A stretch of DNA of 64,000 nucleotides from an uncultured Verrucomicrobiae bacterium (GCA_963707025.1 CAVPOM010000007.1:288001-352000), one strand, 5' to 3'; positions 32,915 through 44,112 are shown, numbered from the stretch's first letter. A program made the numbers and translations. Notes: a model not told the origin generated them from the sequence alone.

Positions 32915-34348
32915 TTATCCTTCCGCGCCGCCCGCTTCGCTCTCCTTGCCCTTGACGCCGTATTCGTTGAGCTTGTTGCGCAGGGTGCGGATGCTGATGC
33001 CCAGGACCTTGGCGGCATGGGTGCGGTTTTGGCGGGTCTTTTCCAGCGCGGCCAGGATGTGGTGCTTCTCCACTTCGGCCAGGGAAACCAATTCGCCGCC
33101 TTCGGCCGGCGGGGAGGACGGGGCGGCCGGGGCGAACGGGTTGGACGGAGGCAAGGGCGCGGCCGGCGCGGCAGCGCCGGAGCCGGTGAATCCGAGGTGT
33201 TCAGGTTCCAACAAGCCGGCATCGCCACAGAGGATGACGGCGCGCTCGATGACGTTCTGCAGTTCGCGCACGTTGCCGGGCCAGTGGTGGGCTTCCAGGG
33301 CGGCCAGGGTCGGGTCGGCCAGGCCATGCACGCGCACGCCGTGTTTGCGGGCATAGCGGGGCATGAATTGATGGGCCAGGAAAGCGATGTCCTCCTTGTG
33401 CTCGCGCAGCGGGGCCACATGAATGGGGACGACATTGAGGCGGAAGAAAAGGTCCTGGCGGAATTCCTTGCGCTCGACGCTTTCTTCCAGACGGCGGTTG
33501 GTGGTGGCGATGACGCGCACGTCCACCTTGATGGTGCGGTTGCCGCCGACCCGTTCCAGTTCGCGTTCCTGGAGGACGCGCAGGAGCTTGGCCTGGAGCT
33601 GGGGTGGAATTTCGCTGATTTCGTCGAGCAGGATGGTGCCGTTGTGGGCCAGCTCGAAGCGGCCTTCGCGCTTGGAAACCGCGCCGGTGAACGCGCCCTT
33701 CTCGTGGCCGAAAAACTCGCTTTCAATCAAATTCTCCGGCACGGCGGCGCAATTGACCCTGATGAACGGGGCGCTGGCCCGCGGGCTTTGCCGGTAAAGC
33801 GCCCGCGCCACCAGTTCCTTGCCGGTCCCGCTTTCCCCGGCAATCAAGACGGTGGCCTGGGTGCGGGCGACCTTGCGGATCAACTGGCGCAATTGTTCCA
33901 GGGCCTGGCTCTTGCCGAGCAACTCAAAGCCGGTTTCATCCACCTCGGCGTGGTTGAAATACTGGTTGACCTTGAGGAGCTGGTTGAAGTTCTCCGCCTT
34001 TTTCAGGACCACTTGCAATTGGTCGGAGGAAAAGGGCTTGAGCATGTAGTCGAAGGCGCCGTTGCGCATGCACTCCACGGCCGATTCGACCGAGCCGAAA
34101 CCGGTGACGATGACGACCAGGGGCTTTTGCGGCTGGGACTGGAGTTCGCGCAACAGGTCGGTGCCTTCGCCGTCGGGCAGGCGGACATCGAGGAAAACCA
34201 GGTCGAAGGTGTCGCGCTCCATCAACTCGCGCACGCCGGCCAGGGTGCCGCTGACGGCGACTTCGTAACGCTGCTGGCGCAGTTGTTGTTCCAGGTTGCG
34301 GCGGACGATCAGATCGTCCTCCACCACAATAATCTTATCAATCGGCAT
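32915..34348 (-). CDS. Sigma-54-dependent response regulator (REC-AAA+-Fis HTH)
   Basis: FLDVRLP, GESGTGKE, GAFTGA, WPGNVREL, C-terminal HTH. Confidence 0.95.
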   Translation of the reverse strand: MPIDKIIVVEDDLIVRRNLEQQLRQQRYEVAVSGTLAGVRELMERDTFDLVFLDVRLPDGEGTDLLRELQSQPQKPLVVIVTGFGSVESAVECMRNGAFDYMLKPFSSDQLQVVLKKAENFNQLLKVNQYFNHAEVDETGFELLGKSQALEQLRQLIRKVARTQATVLIAGESGTGKELVARALYRQSPRASAPFIRVNCAAVPENLIESEFFGHEKGAFTGAVSKREGRFELAHNGTILLDEISEIPPQLQAKLLRVLQERELERVGGNRTIKVDVRVIATTNRRLEESVERKEFRQDLFFRLNVVPIHVAPLREHKEDIAFLAHQFMPRYARKHGVRVHGLADPTLAALEAHHWPGNVRELQNVIERAVILCGDAGLLEPEHLGFTGSGAAAPAAPLPPSNPFAPAAPSSPPAEGGELVSLAEVEKHHILAALEKTRQNRTHAAKVLGISIRTLRNKLNEYGVKGKESEAGGAEG

Positions 34349-34360
34349 GTCGGAGAAAGC

Positions 34361-34780
34361 TCACGACGTGCATTGGCGGCGGTAAAGTTCGGCGACGAAG
34401 TGCGGGCGCTGCCGGTTAACGGAGGGCAGTTGGCGGGGCGGGACCAGCCCGCGGCGGAGCAAACCCTGCTCGTTTTCGCGGTCAAGAAGAATGAACTTCA
34501 TGGCCAGATCCTGGTTTCTGCGCAGGAGCGGGCCGACCTCCGGCTGGCGCGCGCGTTCGTCGGAACTTAAGCTTTGCCATTTCACACGGTGCTTTCGCAG
34601 GCTATCTAGCGTCTGATTGAGGCGGGGAAGCAAGTTCTTTTTTAGCTGGCAGAATTCAAAGAGGGAGGGCTGGTCGGAGCGGCGCAGGGCCTGCGCCTCC
34701 CCTTCGGCGATGGCGAGCAGCTCCCGGCACACGGCCAGATGGGTGTTGAGTTCTTCGACGAGGTCCGGGTTGGTTGGCAT
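34361..34780 (-). CDS. FlgN-like helical chaperone (putative)
   Basis: 139 aa, all helical, E.QAL..K..LL..L and RENEQ.LL pattern. Confidence 0.5.
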   Translation of the reverse strand: MPTNPDLVEELNTHLAVCRELLAIAEGEAQALRRSDQPSLFEFCQLKKNLLPRLNQTLDSLRKHRVKWQSLSSDERARQPEVGPLLRRNQDLAMKFILLDRENEQGLLRRGLVPPRQLPSVNRQRPHFVAELYRRQCTS

Positions 34781-34816
34781 GGTGAAAGGAGTCGAGGGTG
34801 AATGATCCAGGGTGTT

Positions 34817-36269
34817 TCAAGGCAGCGCCACGAGGGGCGCGTTGGTCGGTTCCGGCGGTCGCAGGGCCAGGTTGCTCAATCTGGCTTTCTGCATCCAGGC
34901 GACGTAATCCTTGCGCCACTGGGCCATCTCCAGCAGCAAGGCGAGGGTGGGTGTGTTGTTGCCTGGGCTGAGTTCCTTTTGGCGGTCCAGGATGCGCGTG
35001 TAAGTGTCGGTGGCCTTCTGCCACTGCTGCAACTGCTCATAAACCATGCCCACCTGGTACCAAACCGGCACCTGCCAGGCCGCGGATTGATCCAGTTCCG
35101 CCAGGCTGAGATAGATTTCCAAGGCGTTGAGGTAGTCCCCTTCCTTGTAGAGCTGGTTGGCGATTTCGTTGCCGGCGCGCCGCTGCCAGTAAGCCCAGGT
35201 TTCGGGGTCCTTGTTCACATTCTCCTGCGCGGACTGGAGGAGGAGGAGAACCTGCTGCAGAGCCTCGGCATTGCGCCCCGTGCTCTTGAGGGCGCTGGCC
35301 AGGAGGAAGCGGACTTCGGGCAGGTTGGACGATTTGGGAAACCGGGTCAGGAAGGACTGGGCTTTGCCGATGGTCTCGACGTGGTTGGTGAGATTGGACA
35401 GGGAGCGGATCAACTTCCATTCCAACTGCTCCCGGTTGGCCTCCCCGTCCCCGCTCTTGAGAATGCGGTTGAAAAAGTCCGCCGCCTCCTCGAACTTGGC
35501 GTCCAGATAATAAGTGTCGGCGATTTCGGTCTGCGCCTGCACGACCAGGTTTTTATAGTACGCCAGGTTGTCCAGTTTCAATTTCAAGGCGCTGGACATG
35601 ACCGCGTAAAACTTGGAGATGGCGAACGCATCCACGCCCATCTTGCGGTAAAGCAGCCCCTGCCGCAGCAGCACGTCCGGCACGGTCGGGTCCTCGGAAT
35701 AAACGTGAAGATACTGCGACCAAATCTGCTGGGCCGGGCGGCTGCTCGTCGTCCTGCATGACCAGCGCCAGCTCGAACAAGGCCTGGCGCTGCAGGGCGG
35801 GCGGGGCGTTGGTATTGAGGATGCCTTCCAGAATTTGCGCCGCGCCCCTGAAGACTTTATTGTGCCGTTGCTGCCGGGCCAGTTCCAGGTTGATTTCAAG
35901 TTCCGCGTCGGGCGCCGGCTCATTGGTCACGGCCGCCTGGGGGGAGTTGGGGTCCGCCGGCGCCGGCTGGCCGGGCGCGGCGGCCGGGGCCGCGTTGGTG
36001 GCCGCAGGCGCGGCCTGGCTGGTCGCGGCCTGGCTGGCCACGGCTTGGTTGGTCGCGGCTTGGTTGGTTGCGGCTTGGTTGGTTGTGGCTTGGCTGGCCA
36101 CGGCCTGGTTGGTCGCGGCCTGGTTGGTCGCGGCCTGGCTGGCCACGGCTTGGGGCGCGGCCGCCTTGTCCGCACCGCTTGAATTTGTATCTGACACACC
36201 GGCCAGACCCGCCGGCGCCAGACCGGCGATTGCGCAGCAGAAAAGGAAATGACAGGTCCGGCGTTTCAT
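34817..36269 (-). pseudogene. Secreted TPR protein, frameshifted near 35735 (possible sequencing error)
   Basis: Signal peptide and QAATN repeats in ORF 35553-36269; TPRs continue in ORF 34817-35923. Confidence 0.75.
36010..36150. repeat. 15-bp coding tandem repeat encoding QAATN/QAVAS units
   Basis: About nine imperfect units visible in the translation. Confidence 0.85.
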
Positions 36270-36281
36270 GCGGTGGCGGCT

Positions 36282-36767
36282 CTATTTGGGTTGGGTGGAA
36301 TAAGTCGCCGTGCTGGAGGCGGGTTTTGACCCCGCCGGGGGCGCGAAGTCCACCGGGGCGATGACCCCGCCGACCGTGCCGTTGGTTGACCGGTTGAAAT
36401 ACTTGAGGAGCATTTGCGGGGAAATCATCGGCTCGGACCCGGAGGGACTTGCGTCCGGCCCGGTCGGGCTGTTCGTGGCCGCCGGGAGCACGGGGGCGGA
36501 GGATGGGGCGGCGGCGGGCGGGGCCGTTTTGGATGCAGTGACCACGGCGGCGGGCGGCGTGGATGGGGCGGACCGCGGCGTGGACGGAGGCGGATCGGGC
36601 GGCGGGAGGGGCATTCGCACCAAGTCGGCGACGGACGGGGCGGCGGGGCGGAAGCGCAAGGCGGCAGGGCCAATGACCGGCAAATAACCGGGATTGGCCG
36701 AAACGCCGAAGGCGAGGCCCAGCAATGCGGCCCCCACTTCGGCCCAATGGCGCAAACGTCCAAACAT
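36282..36767 (-). CDS. Pro/Ala-rich secreted hypothetical protein
   Basis: Signal-like N-terminus, GYLPVIGP.ALRF, ISPQMLLKYF; lies just upstream of the TPR gene. Confidence 0.6.
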   Translation of the reverse strand: MFGRLRHWAEVGAALLGLAFGVSANPGYLPVIGPAALRFRPAAPSVADLVRMPLPPPDPPPSTPRSAPSTPPAAVVTASKTAPPAAAPSSAPVLPAATNSPTGPDASPSGSEPMISPQMLLKYFNRSTNGTVGGVIAPVDFAPPAGSKPASSTATYSTQPK

Positions 36768-37121
36768 CAAGAATTGCTCCTGTTCAGTCACACACCTTAT
36801 CGGCGGTCCCGGCAAAAACTTGAGGCGGGGACCGGATCGTTGCCGGCATCAAGGCCGGCCACCGCGAAGTTCCGGAGCTTGTTGAAATGCCGTGAAGGTT
36901 TTGAGGCTCGAGTCATCGAATAATCTTTGATGCAACCTGCCCCCTGCGGATGTTGACATTCCATTTTGTCCCGCCGCCGTGTCGCGCCGAAGCCAGGCGA
37001 AGGCACCAGCCTGGCGGCGGCGGAAGCGGCGCGACGGCGGGCGCGGCAACCCCGCCAGCCCAATCGCCCCGCGCCAGGCAGAAACTCGGCTAAACCTTTG
37101 GGCCGTCCTTCCGATAAGGAA

Positions 37122-38042
37122 ATGATGATTTCGCTGTCAAATTGGCCGAGGTTGGCGTGCCGTCCTTTGGATCACAAACAAATCGAGTCCCGCCTCAACG
37201 GCGCGGCCTGTCTGCCCTCGCTGGGCAGCATAGAAAACGCATTAAAGGAACTTTTAAGCGCCGACCAGCGTTACACGACGCAGATCGCCGAAATCATCCG
37301 CCGCGACCCCAGCCTCACCTCCCGCCTCTTGCACCTTGTCAATTCCGTCTATTACGGGCTGGCCAATCCGATCAAAAACATCGAGGAGGCCGTTTTTTTC
37401 CTGGGGGTTCGCCAAATCCGCCAACTGGCCATGGTCACTCCCATCATCGAAGATTTCCAGAAACTGACCCAGGACCGGCGCTTTCCCTGGCGGCAATTCT
37501 GGCGCCATTGCATCGGCACGGCCCTGATGACGAGGGAACTGGTGGACCTGGTCAAATCGCCCGAAGGGGAGAGCGATTACGTTTCCGGCCTGATCCATGA
37601 CGTGGGCAAAATCGTCATGTCCTCGGTTTTCCCCGAGCACTTCCATGCCATTTATTATGCCGAGCCGGACCAAGGCGGCGACCTGGTGGAGATGGAAAAG
37701 GAAATCCTTGGGATGGACCACGCCCAACTGGGCGCCCTTTACCTGCAAAAGCAACGTCTGCCGGACATCTTTATCCAAGTCACCCGATTTCATCATGATC
37801 CCGCTCAGACGCCCAGCCACGGCAAAACGGTGGCGGCGGTGCAAGTGGCCGACCTGATGATCCGCCACACCAAAATTGGGGACAGCGGCAACCACGCCGA
37901 AGTGGCGCAGGACAGTTGGATGGCGTCGGCCGGATGGGAAATCCTGTTTGCCGGGCAAAGCGACGGCGAACAAACCATTGCCGTGGCCAGCCTGAGCCGG
38001 AGCCTGGCCCGGATTCCCGCCATCCTGGAAAGCATTCTGTAA
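37122..38042 (+). CDS. HDOD domain protein
   Basis: DPSLTSRLLHLVNS, FWRHC, GLIHDVGK, DHAQLG. Confidence 0.9.
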   Translation: MMISLSNWPRLACRPLDHKQIESRLNGAACLPSLGSIENALKELLSADQRYTTQIAEIIRRDPSLTSRLLHLVNSVYYGLANPIKNIEEAVFFLGVRQIRQLAMVTPIIEDFQKLTQDRRFPWRQFWRHCIGTALMTRELVDLVKSPEGESDYVSGLIHDVGKIVMSSVFPEHFHAIYYAEPDQGGDLVEMEKEILGMDHAQLGALYLQKQRLPDIFIQVTRFHHDPAQTPSHGKTVAAVQVADLMIRHTKIGDSGNHAEVAQDSWMASAGWEILFAGQSDGEQTIAVASLSRSLARIPAILESIL

Positions 38043-38056
38043 GGACCCACCGCGAG

Positions 38057-39927
38057 GTGCCAATTGTGAGCGCCACCCATCCTTATCGAACGCTGATCAT
38101 TGACGACGACCCGTGCGTGCATCAAGTCTTCGCCAACATGCTGTCGCGGGAATTCATCCACTCCGCCCACTCCCAGCCCGCCGGCCTGGCCCTGCCGGGC
38201 GAAGCCTTTCCCAACGCCCAATTCCCCGTCTTTGAAGTGGATTCGGCCTTTGGCGGGGAGCAGGGGCTGGCCTGCGTGCAAAAGGCCCTGGCGGAAAAAA
38301 GGCCCTACACCATGGCCTTCGTGGACATGCGTATGCAATCGGGCTGGAACGGCATCGAAACCATCGGCCACATTTGGCGCGAATGCGCCGATTTGCAGAT
38401 CATCATCTGCACGGCCCACACCGATTTCACCTGGCATGACATCATCAAGCGCTTCGGCCACACCGACCGGCTGCTCACGCTGAAGAAGCCCTTTAATGTC
38501 ATGGACTTGCGCCAGATGGCCTACGCCCTGGCCGAAAAATGGAACCTTTTCAACCAGGCCAAAAGCCACCTGGAGCGCCTGCAAAAGCTCGTGGCCGAGC
38601 GCACCGCCAAGTTGCAGGAGAGCAACGAGTCGCTCCAGCACAAAATCGCCCAATATAAAAAGGCCCAGGAGGATCTGCGCCGGCAACGGGACTATAACGA
38701 CGAGATCATCAAGGGAACTCCCGCCATGGTGGCCGGCATAGCCCCCTCCGGCCTGGCCACCTTCGTCAACCCCTCGGTCTGCAAACACACCGGCTGTCTC
38801 CCCGGTGAAATCATCGGCCGGGACTGGTGGCGCCTCTTTTATCCCGGCCCGGAATACCGCCAGGTCGAACACCTCTTCTCCCTCCTCCAACACGGCCCGG
38901 TGCGCGACTATGAAATGGTCCTGACCACCAAGGGGGGGACAAACGCACTGTCAACTGGAATTTCTTCAACAAATGCGACGAGACCGGCCAGCCGGCCGAA
39001 CTGATCGGCTTTGGCAACAACGTCACCGAACAAAAGCAGGCCGAGCAGGGGCGGCGCATGATGGAAATCCAGCTCCGCCACGCCCAGAAACTGGAATCCG
39101 TCGGGCAACTGGCCGCCGGCATCGCCCATGAGATCAACACCCCCACGCAGTACATCGGCGACAACATCCGCTTTTTGCAACAATCCTTCGCCCGGATGGC
39201 GCCGCTGCTCCGCCAGCACGAGCGCCTCCTCGCCGCCATCCAGGCCAACGCCGCCACGCCGGAACTGGTCGCCGGGCTGGAAGAAGCCCTGCGCGAATGC
39301 GATCTGAATTTTCTCATCGCGGAAACGCCCCGGGCCATCGAACAATCCCTGGAAGGAGTCCACAGCGTCACCCGCATTGTCCACTCCATGAAGGATTTTT
39401 CCCATCCTGGCAGCGGCGAAAAAATCCCGATTGACCTCAACCAGACGGTGGAAAGCACCCTGGTGGTGGCGGCCAACGAATGGAAGTACGTCGCCAACCT
39501 GGTCAAGGACTTCCAGCCCGACCTGCCGCGCGTCCTCTGCCTGCCCGGTGAACTCAACCAGGTGATTCTCAACCTGGTCGTCAATGCCGCGCACGCCATC
39601 GCCGGCGTCATTGGCGGAGAGCCCCGCCAAAAAGGCACCATCACCATTGCCACGCGGCGCGACGGCGACTGGGCTGAAATTCAAGTGGCCGACACCGGCA
39701 CCGGCATACCGGAGGCCATCCGGGACAAAGTGTTTGATCCCTTTTTCACCACCCGGCCCGTGGGCGAGGGCTCCGGCCAGGGCCTGGCCATCGCCCGCAA
39801 CGTCATCGTAGGTCGCCACAATGGCACGCTGACCTTTCAAACCCAGGACGGCATCGGGACGGTCTTCACCATCCGGCTGCCGATCCATCCCGTCCCGTCC
39901 GCCCAGCCAGAGGAGAAAGCGGCATGA
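38057..39927 (+). pseudogene. Hybrid sensor kinase (REC-PAS-HisKA-HATPase), frameshifted at the G7 run 38932-38938
   Basis: FVDMRM REC and PAS in one frame; AHEINTP, DTGTGI, FFTT, GQGL in the next. Confidence 0.85.
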
Positions 39928-41120
39928 AAAAAATTCTATTCGTGGACGACGAACCGAACGTCCTTTCCGCCATCCAGCGCCAACTGCACCAGCGCTTTGA
40001 AGTGCAAACCGCCGTCGGCCCCTTGGCCGGCCTGGAGGCCCTGCAACATGGGCGCGACTACTCCGTCGTGGTGGCCGACATGGGCATGCCCAAAATGAGC
40101 GGCGTGGAATTCCTGGCCAAAGCCTGCGAAATGGCCCCCAACGTCGTGCGCGTCATGCTCACCGGCTACCTCAACCAATCCACCGCCGTCGAAGCCATCA
40201 ATCAAGGGAGCATTTTCCGTTTCCTCAACAAACCCTGTTCCACGGAAAAACTGGTCCAAACCCTCGAAGCCGCCGTCGCCCAGCACAACCTGATCACCGC
40301 CGAGCACGATCTGCTGGAAAACACCCTGGGGGGCAGCCTGAAAATCCTCTCCGAAATCCTGGCCCTGGCCGAGCCAAAGGCCTTCGGCCAGGCCGAGGCC
40401 CTGCGCGACGCCATCCGCCTGTTCGCCGGCGCGTTGAACCTGACCCCGACCTGGTACTTTGAAGCCGCCGCCCTGCTCTGCCAAATCGGCTCGGTCACCA
40501 TTCCGCCCGAACTGGTTCTCAAATCCCGCCTGGGCCACGCCTTGAGCGCCGGGGAAAAAGAAATTTTCAACCAAATCCCGGCGGTGGGCAGCAGCCTGCT
40601 CGCCCAGATTCCGCGCCTGGAAGGCGTGGCCCGCGCCATCCTCTACCAGAACAAAAACTTCGACGGCAGCGGTTTTCCCGAGGACAGCGTGGCCGGCGAA
40701 GCCATCCCCGTGGGCGCGCGCATGTTAAGAATTCTAGTTGACCTTGCGCGGCTTGAGTCGGGCGGCCTGGCCCGCCGGGCTGCCCTCCAGCAACTGCGCA
40801 CCCGCACCGGCTGGTACGATCCGCGCCTCCTCGAGGCCTTGGAGCACAGCCCGGGCGCCGCCGCGGCGCCGTCGGGGGATCCGGCCATCGCCGCCGCCAC
40901 GGTGGCCTTTACCGATCTGCGGGTGGGCCACGTCCTGCGCAGCAATTTGGAAACCAAAGGCAACATGCTGCTGGTGACGGCGGGAAACAAGATCACCCCC
41001 ATGCTGATGCATCGTCTGCGCAATTTCTCCTCCCTCTACGGCATCCAGGAACCCATTTACATCGAGGAAACCGGCACCACCTTCTTCACCCGCTCCGAGC
41101 CAAAGCCCGCCAAGGCATAG
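39924..41120 (+). CDS. Response regulator with degenerate HD-GYP-like output domain
   Basis: REC domain (FVDDE, VADMGMP); CQIG in place of HDIG; DGSGFP. Confidence 0.85.
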   Translation: MKKILFVDDEPNVLSAIQRQLHQRFEVQTAVGPLAGLEALQHGRDYSVVVADMGMPKMSGVEFLAKACEMAPNVVRVMLTGYLNQSTAVEAINQGSIFRFLNKPCSTEKLVQTLEAAVAQHNLITAEHDLLENTLGGSLKILSEILALAEPKAFGQAEALRDAIRLFAGALNLTPTWYFEAAALLCQIGSVTIPPELVLKSRLGHALSAGEKEIFNQIPAVGSSLLAQIPRLEGVARAILYQNKNFDGSGFPEDSVAGEAIPVGARMLRILVDLARLESGGLARRAALQQLRTRTGWYDPRLLEALEHSPGAAAAPSGDPAIAAATVAFTDLRVGHVLRSNLETKGNMLLVTAGNKITPMLMHRLRNFSSLYGIQEPIYIEETGTTFFTRSEPKPAKA

Positions 41121-41269
41121 ACGCCATGACCGCTTAAGGTCCTGCCCGCCCCACCTCTCCCGGTCCAGCCAAAACAGACCTATGGCGGGCCGGCTTGCCT
41201 TTGCAGAATTGAACCATCGTCCATGGCGCAGGCGCGCCAGGCCGCGGAAGCAAGCTCAGCTCTGCGGCG

Positions 41270-41857
41270 CTACCGGCTCGTCCCGTCCTTGAGATTTTTG
41301 TTTTCCACGAAAACCAGCGAGGCCGAATTCAGGCAGAAACGAAGGCCGGTCGGACGCGGGCCATCCTCGAAAACATGGCCCAAGTGCGCGTCACAGCGCG
41401 CGCAAAGAATTTCCGTGCGCTGGCCATCCCGGTCCGGCTGGGTCACGACATTTTCCCTGGCGACAGGCTGGAAAAAACTCGGCCAGCCGGTGCCCGAATC
41501 AAACTTCGCCGCGGAGGTGAACAGCGGCAGCCCGCAACAAACGCACTCATAAACCCCCGGCTTGTGCAGGTCGAAAAACGCGCCGCAAAAGGCCGGTTCG
41601 GTGCCTTTGCGGCGCGCGATGGCGTACTGCTCGGCGGTCAATTGTTTCTTCCATTCGGCGTCTGTCTTCACGACCTTGGCCGTGGAGGTCAGCGGGCCGG
41701 GCACCCCTTTTTCATCCAAAAAGCGCACTTGAATCATGGTGATTGGGTTGGCAGTTGAAGTTCGGGCCTCCACGGCGGGATCCCCATCGGTGCAGCCCGT
41801 TTGAGCCGTCACCAGGAGAGCCGCCGCGACAACGGTTCTCAGGCTGAACGTGTCCAT
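41270..41857 (-). CDS. msrB: Peptide-methionine (R)-S-oxide reductase with export signal
   Basis: GTEPAF, KFDSGTGWPSF, HLGHVFEDGP, RFCLNS. Confidence 0.93.
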   Translation of the reverse strand: MDTFSLRTVVAAALLVTAQTGCTDGDPAVEARTSTANPITMIQVRFLDEKGVPGPLTSTAKVVKTDAEWKKQLTAEQYAIARRKGTEPAFCGAFFDLHKPGVYECVCCGLPLFTSAAKFDSGTGWPSFFQPVARENVVTQPDRDGQRTEILCARCDAHLGHVFEDGPRPTGLRFCLNSASLVFVENKNLKDGTSR

Positions 41858-42040
41858 TACGCTTGATTATACACCGTCTCCGGGAATGTTCAAGCCGGGC
41901 GAACTCAATTTTCCGCCGCCTTTGGTCCCCGGCGGCCGGACATTGAAGTTCGCGCCTGGTTAATTTCCTGTTTGCATGGGGCGGCATTCTGCTTTAGATT
42001 GCCTGGCAAGCGCAGTTAATTTAGAACAGTTGCAAAGTTA

Positions 42041-42445
42041 ATGAAAAGGCATCCACGCATTTCGCCCGCGGAATGGCAGGTGATGAAAATTATTTGGGCC
42101 GGATCCCCGATTTTGGCCCGCCAAGTCATCGCCCGGCTGGCCGTCCGTCGAAATTGGCATGCCAAAACCATCCGCACGCTCCTGGCGCGGCTGGTCAAGA
42201 AGCGCGTCATCAGTTTCCAGAAGCAAGGCCGCGCCTACCTCTACCGGCCCCTGCTCCAGGAGGCCGATTGTGTCCGGGCGGAGAGCCAGTCGTTTCTGGA
42301 CAGGATCTTTGACGGCGCCCTGGTGCCGATGCTCGCCCATTTCCTCGAAGGCCGGGAGATTTCCGATTCGCAAAGGCGCGAACTCAGGCTTTTGCTCGAG
42401 GCGAAAAAGGAAGCGGCCGGACGCAGGTTTGAACTTTCCTTCTGA
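42041..42445 (+). CDS. BlaI/MecI/CopY family repressor
   Basis: ISPAEWQVMKIIW, W..KTIRTLLARLVKK, YLYRP, FLDRIFDG. Confidence 0.9.
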   Translation: MKRHPRISPAEWQVMKIIWAGSPILARQVIARLAVRRNWHAKTIRTLLARLVKKRVISFQKQGRAYLYRPLLQEADCVRAESQSFLDRIFDGALVPMLAHFLEGREISDSQRRELRLLLEAKKEAAGRRFELSF

Positions 42446-42482
42446 AAGTCCAACTGTTACACCTGAAGCTCCTGGAACCTTT

Positions 42483-43472
42483 ATGAGCAAAAGTCCAATT
42501 CATGTCGCGGTCACCGGCGCGGCCGGGGCCATCGGGTATGCCATTCTTTTCCGGCTCGCTTCGGGCGAAGTCTTCGGCCCCGACCAACCGCTGGTGCTGC
42601 GCCTGGTTGATATCGAGCCGGCCGTGCCGGTGTTGGGCGGAGTCATCCTCGAACTGGAGGATTGCGCCCCGCCCGTGCTGGAGAAGGTCATCGCCACGGC
42701 CGATCCGGCGGAAGGTTTCCGCGGCGTCAACTGGGCGCTGATGATCGGCAGCGTGCCGCGCAAGCCGGGCATGGAACGGAAGGATTTGCTGGCCACTAAC
42801 GGAAAGATCTTTACCGGCCAGGGCCGGGCCTTGCAGGACAACGCGGCCCGGGATGTCCGCATTCTGGTGGTCGGCAATCCTTGCAACACCAATTGCCTCA
42901 TCGCCATGAACAGCGCGCCGGAAATCCCGCCCGAGCGCTGGTTCGCCATGACCCGCCTGGACGAGAATCGCGCCAAGGCCCAGCTCGCCCGCAAGGCCGG
43001 CGCCAGCGTCGGCGCGGTGGCCAATCTGGGCGTCTGGGGCAATCACAGCCCCACCATGTTCCCCGATTTTTATCACGCCAAAATCAACGGCCAGCCGGCC
43101 ACCGCCGTCATCCCGGATGAAAACTGGCTCAAGACCCAATTCGTCGCCACCGTGGCCCAGCGCGGCACCGCCGTGTTGAACGCGCGCAAACTGAGCAGCG
43201 CCGCCAGCGCCGCCAACGCCGCCATTGACACCGTCAAATCCATCCTCCATCCCACCCCCGCCGGGGACTGGCACAGTGTCTGTGTTTGTTCGGACGGCAG
43301 CTACGGCGTGGAAAAGGGCCTGATCTGTTCCTTCCCGGTGCGCAGCGATGGCAAATCTTTGCAAATTGTGCCGGGACTGACGCATAACGATTTCAGCCGC
43401 GCCAAGATCGCCGCCAGCGTGGAGGAATTGAAAGGGGAGAAAGCCATCGCCAAGGAACTCGGCCTGCTGTAG
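42483..43472 (+). CDS. mdh: Malate dehydrogenase
   Basis: VTGAAGAIGY, PRKPGMER, VVGNPCNTN, MTRLDENR, WGNHS. Confidence 0.95.
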   Translation: MSKSPIHVAVTGAAGAIGYAILFRLASGEVFGPDQPLVLRLVDIEPAVPVLGGVILELEDCAPPVLEKVIATADPAEGFRGVNWALMIGSVPRKPGMERKDLLATNGKIFTGQGRALQDNAARDVRILVVGNPCNTNCLIAMNSAPEIPPERWFAMTRLDENRAKAQLARKAGASVGAVANLGVWGNHSPTMFPDFYHAKINGQPATAVIPDENWLKTQFVATVAQRGTAVLNARKLSSAASAANAAIDTVKSILHPTPAGDWHSVCVCSDGSYGVEKGLICSFPVRSDGKSLQIVPGLTHNDFSRAKIAASVEELKGEKAIAKELGLL

Positions 43473-43540
43473 CGGCGGTCTGTGACCGCCGCAAATTACC
43501 GAATATCGCCTGGCGGCGGCGGTCATAGACCGCCGCCACA
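43468..43540. repeat. GTAG-type REP doublet between convergent mdh and purE
   Basis: tgtagcggcggtctgtgaccgccg ... cggcggtcatagaccgccgccaca inverted pair, each with an internal hairpin. Confidence 0.8.
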
Positions 43541-43541
43541 A

Positions 43542-44048
43542 TCAAGCCGGCTTGGGGGAGCGGTTGGCCAGGCCGCGCGCGGTTTGTTTGCGGCGGAATT
43601 CCTCGTAAGCGGCGCGATGCTGCGGATGTTTGTTGCCCAGGATGGCAGCAGCCAGCAGGGCGGCGTTGACCGCGCCGGGTTTGCCGATGGCCAGGGTGCC
43701 GACCGGAACACCGCCGGGCATCTGCACCATGGAGAGCAGCGAATCCATTCCGTGCAGCGCCTTTGAGTCCATCGGCACGCCCAGAACCGGCAGACAGGTT
43801 TTCGCGGCCGTCACCCCGGCCAGATGGGCCGCGCCGCCCGCCGCGGCGATAATCACTTCCAAACCGCGCGCCGCCGCGCCGGCAGCGTACTCAAAAAGGA
43901 GGTCCGGGGTGCGATGGGCCGAAATGACCAGGCTTTCATGGGGCACGCCCAATTCATCCAGTTGCAGGGCGGCGTGCTGCATCGTTTCCCAATCCGACTG
44001 GCTTCCCATGATGATGCCCACGAGGGGCGGACTGTTTTTGTCTGACAT
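43542..44048 (-). CDS. purE: N5-CAIR mutase
   Basis: [29 protein letters not shown]. Confidence 0.97.
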   Translation of the reverse strand: MSDKNSPPLVGIIMGSQSDWETMQHAALQLDELGVPHESLVISAHRTPDLLFEYAAGAAARGLEVIIAAAGGAAHLAGVTAAKTCLPVLGVPMDSKALHGMDSLLSMVQMPGGVPVGTLAIGKPGAVNAALLAAAILGNKHPQHRAAYEEFRRKQTARGLANRSPKPA

Positions 44049-44112
44049 CGGACGGAAGGCTAGAGATATTGGCTCAGAATTTAAAGCGTAAAGTCACGTC
44101 TCAGTCCCGGGT

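Noticed and set aside
36010..36150. CRISPR-like repeat
   Set aside because: In-frame 15-bp coding repeat without unique spacers
42159..42482. BlaI-Mdh fusion or long N-terminal extension of Mdh
   Set aside because: Different frames; blaI stops at 42445 and mdh starts at 42483
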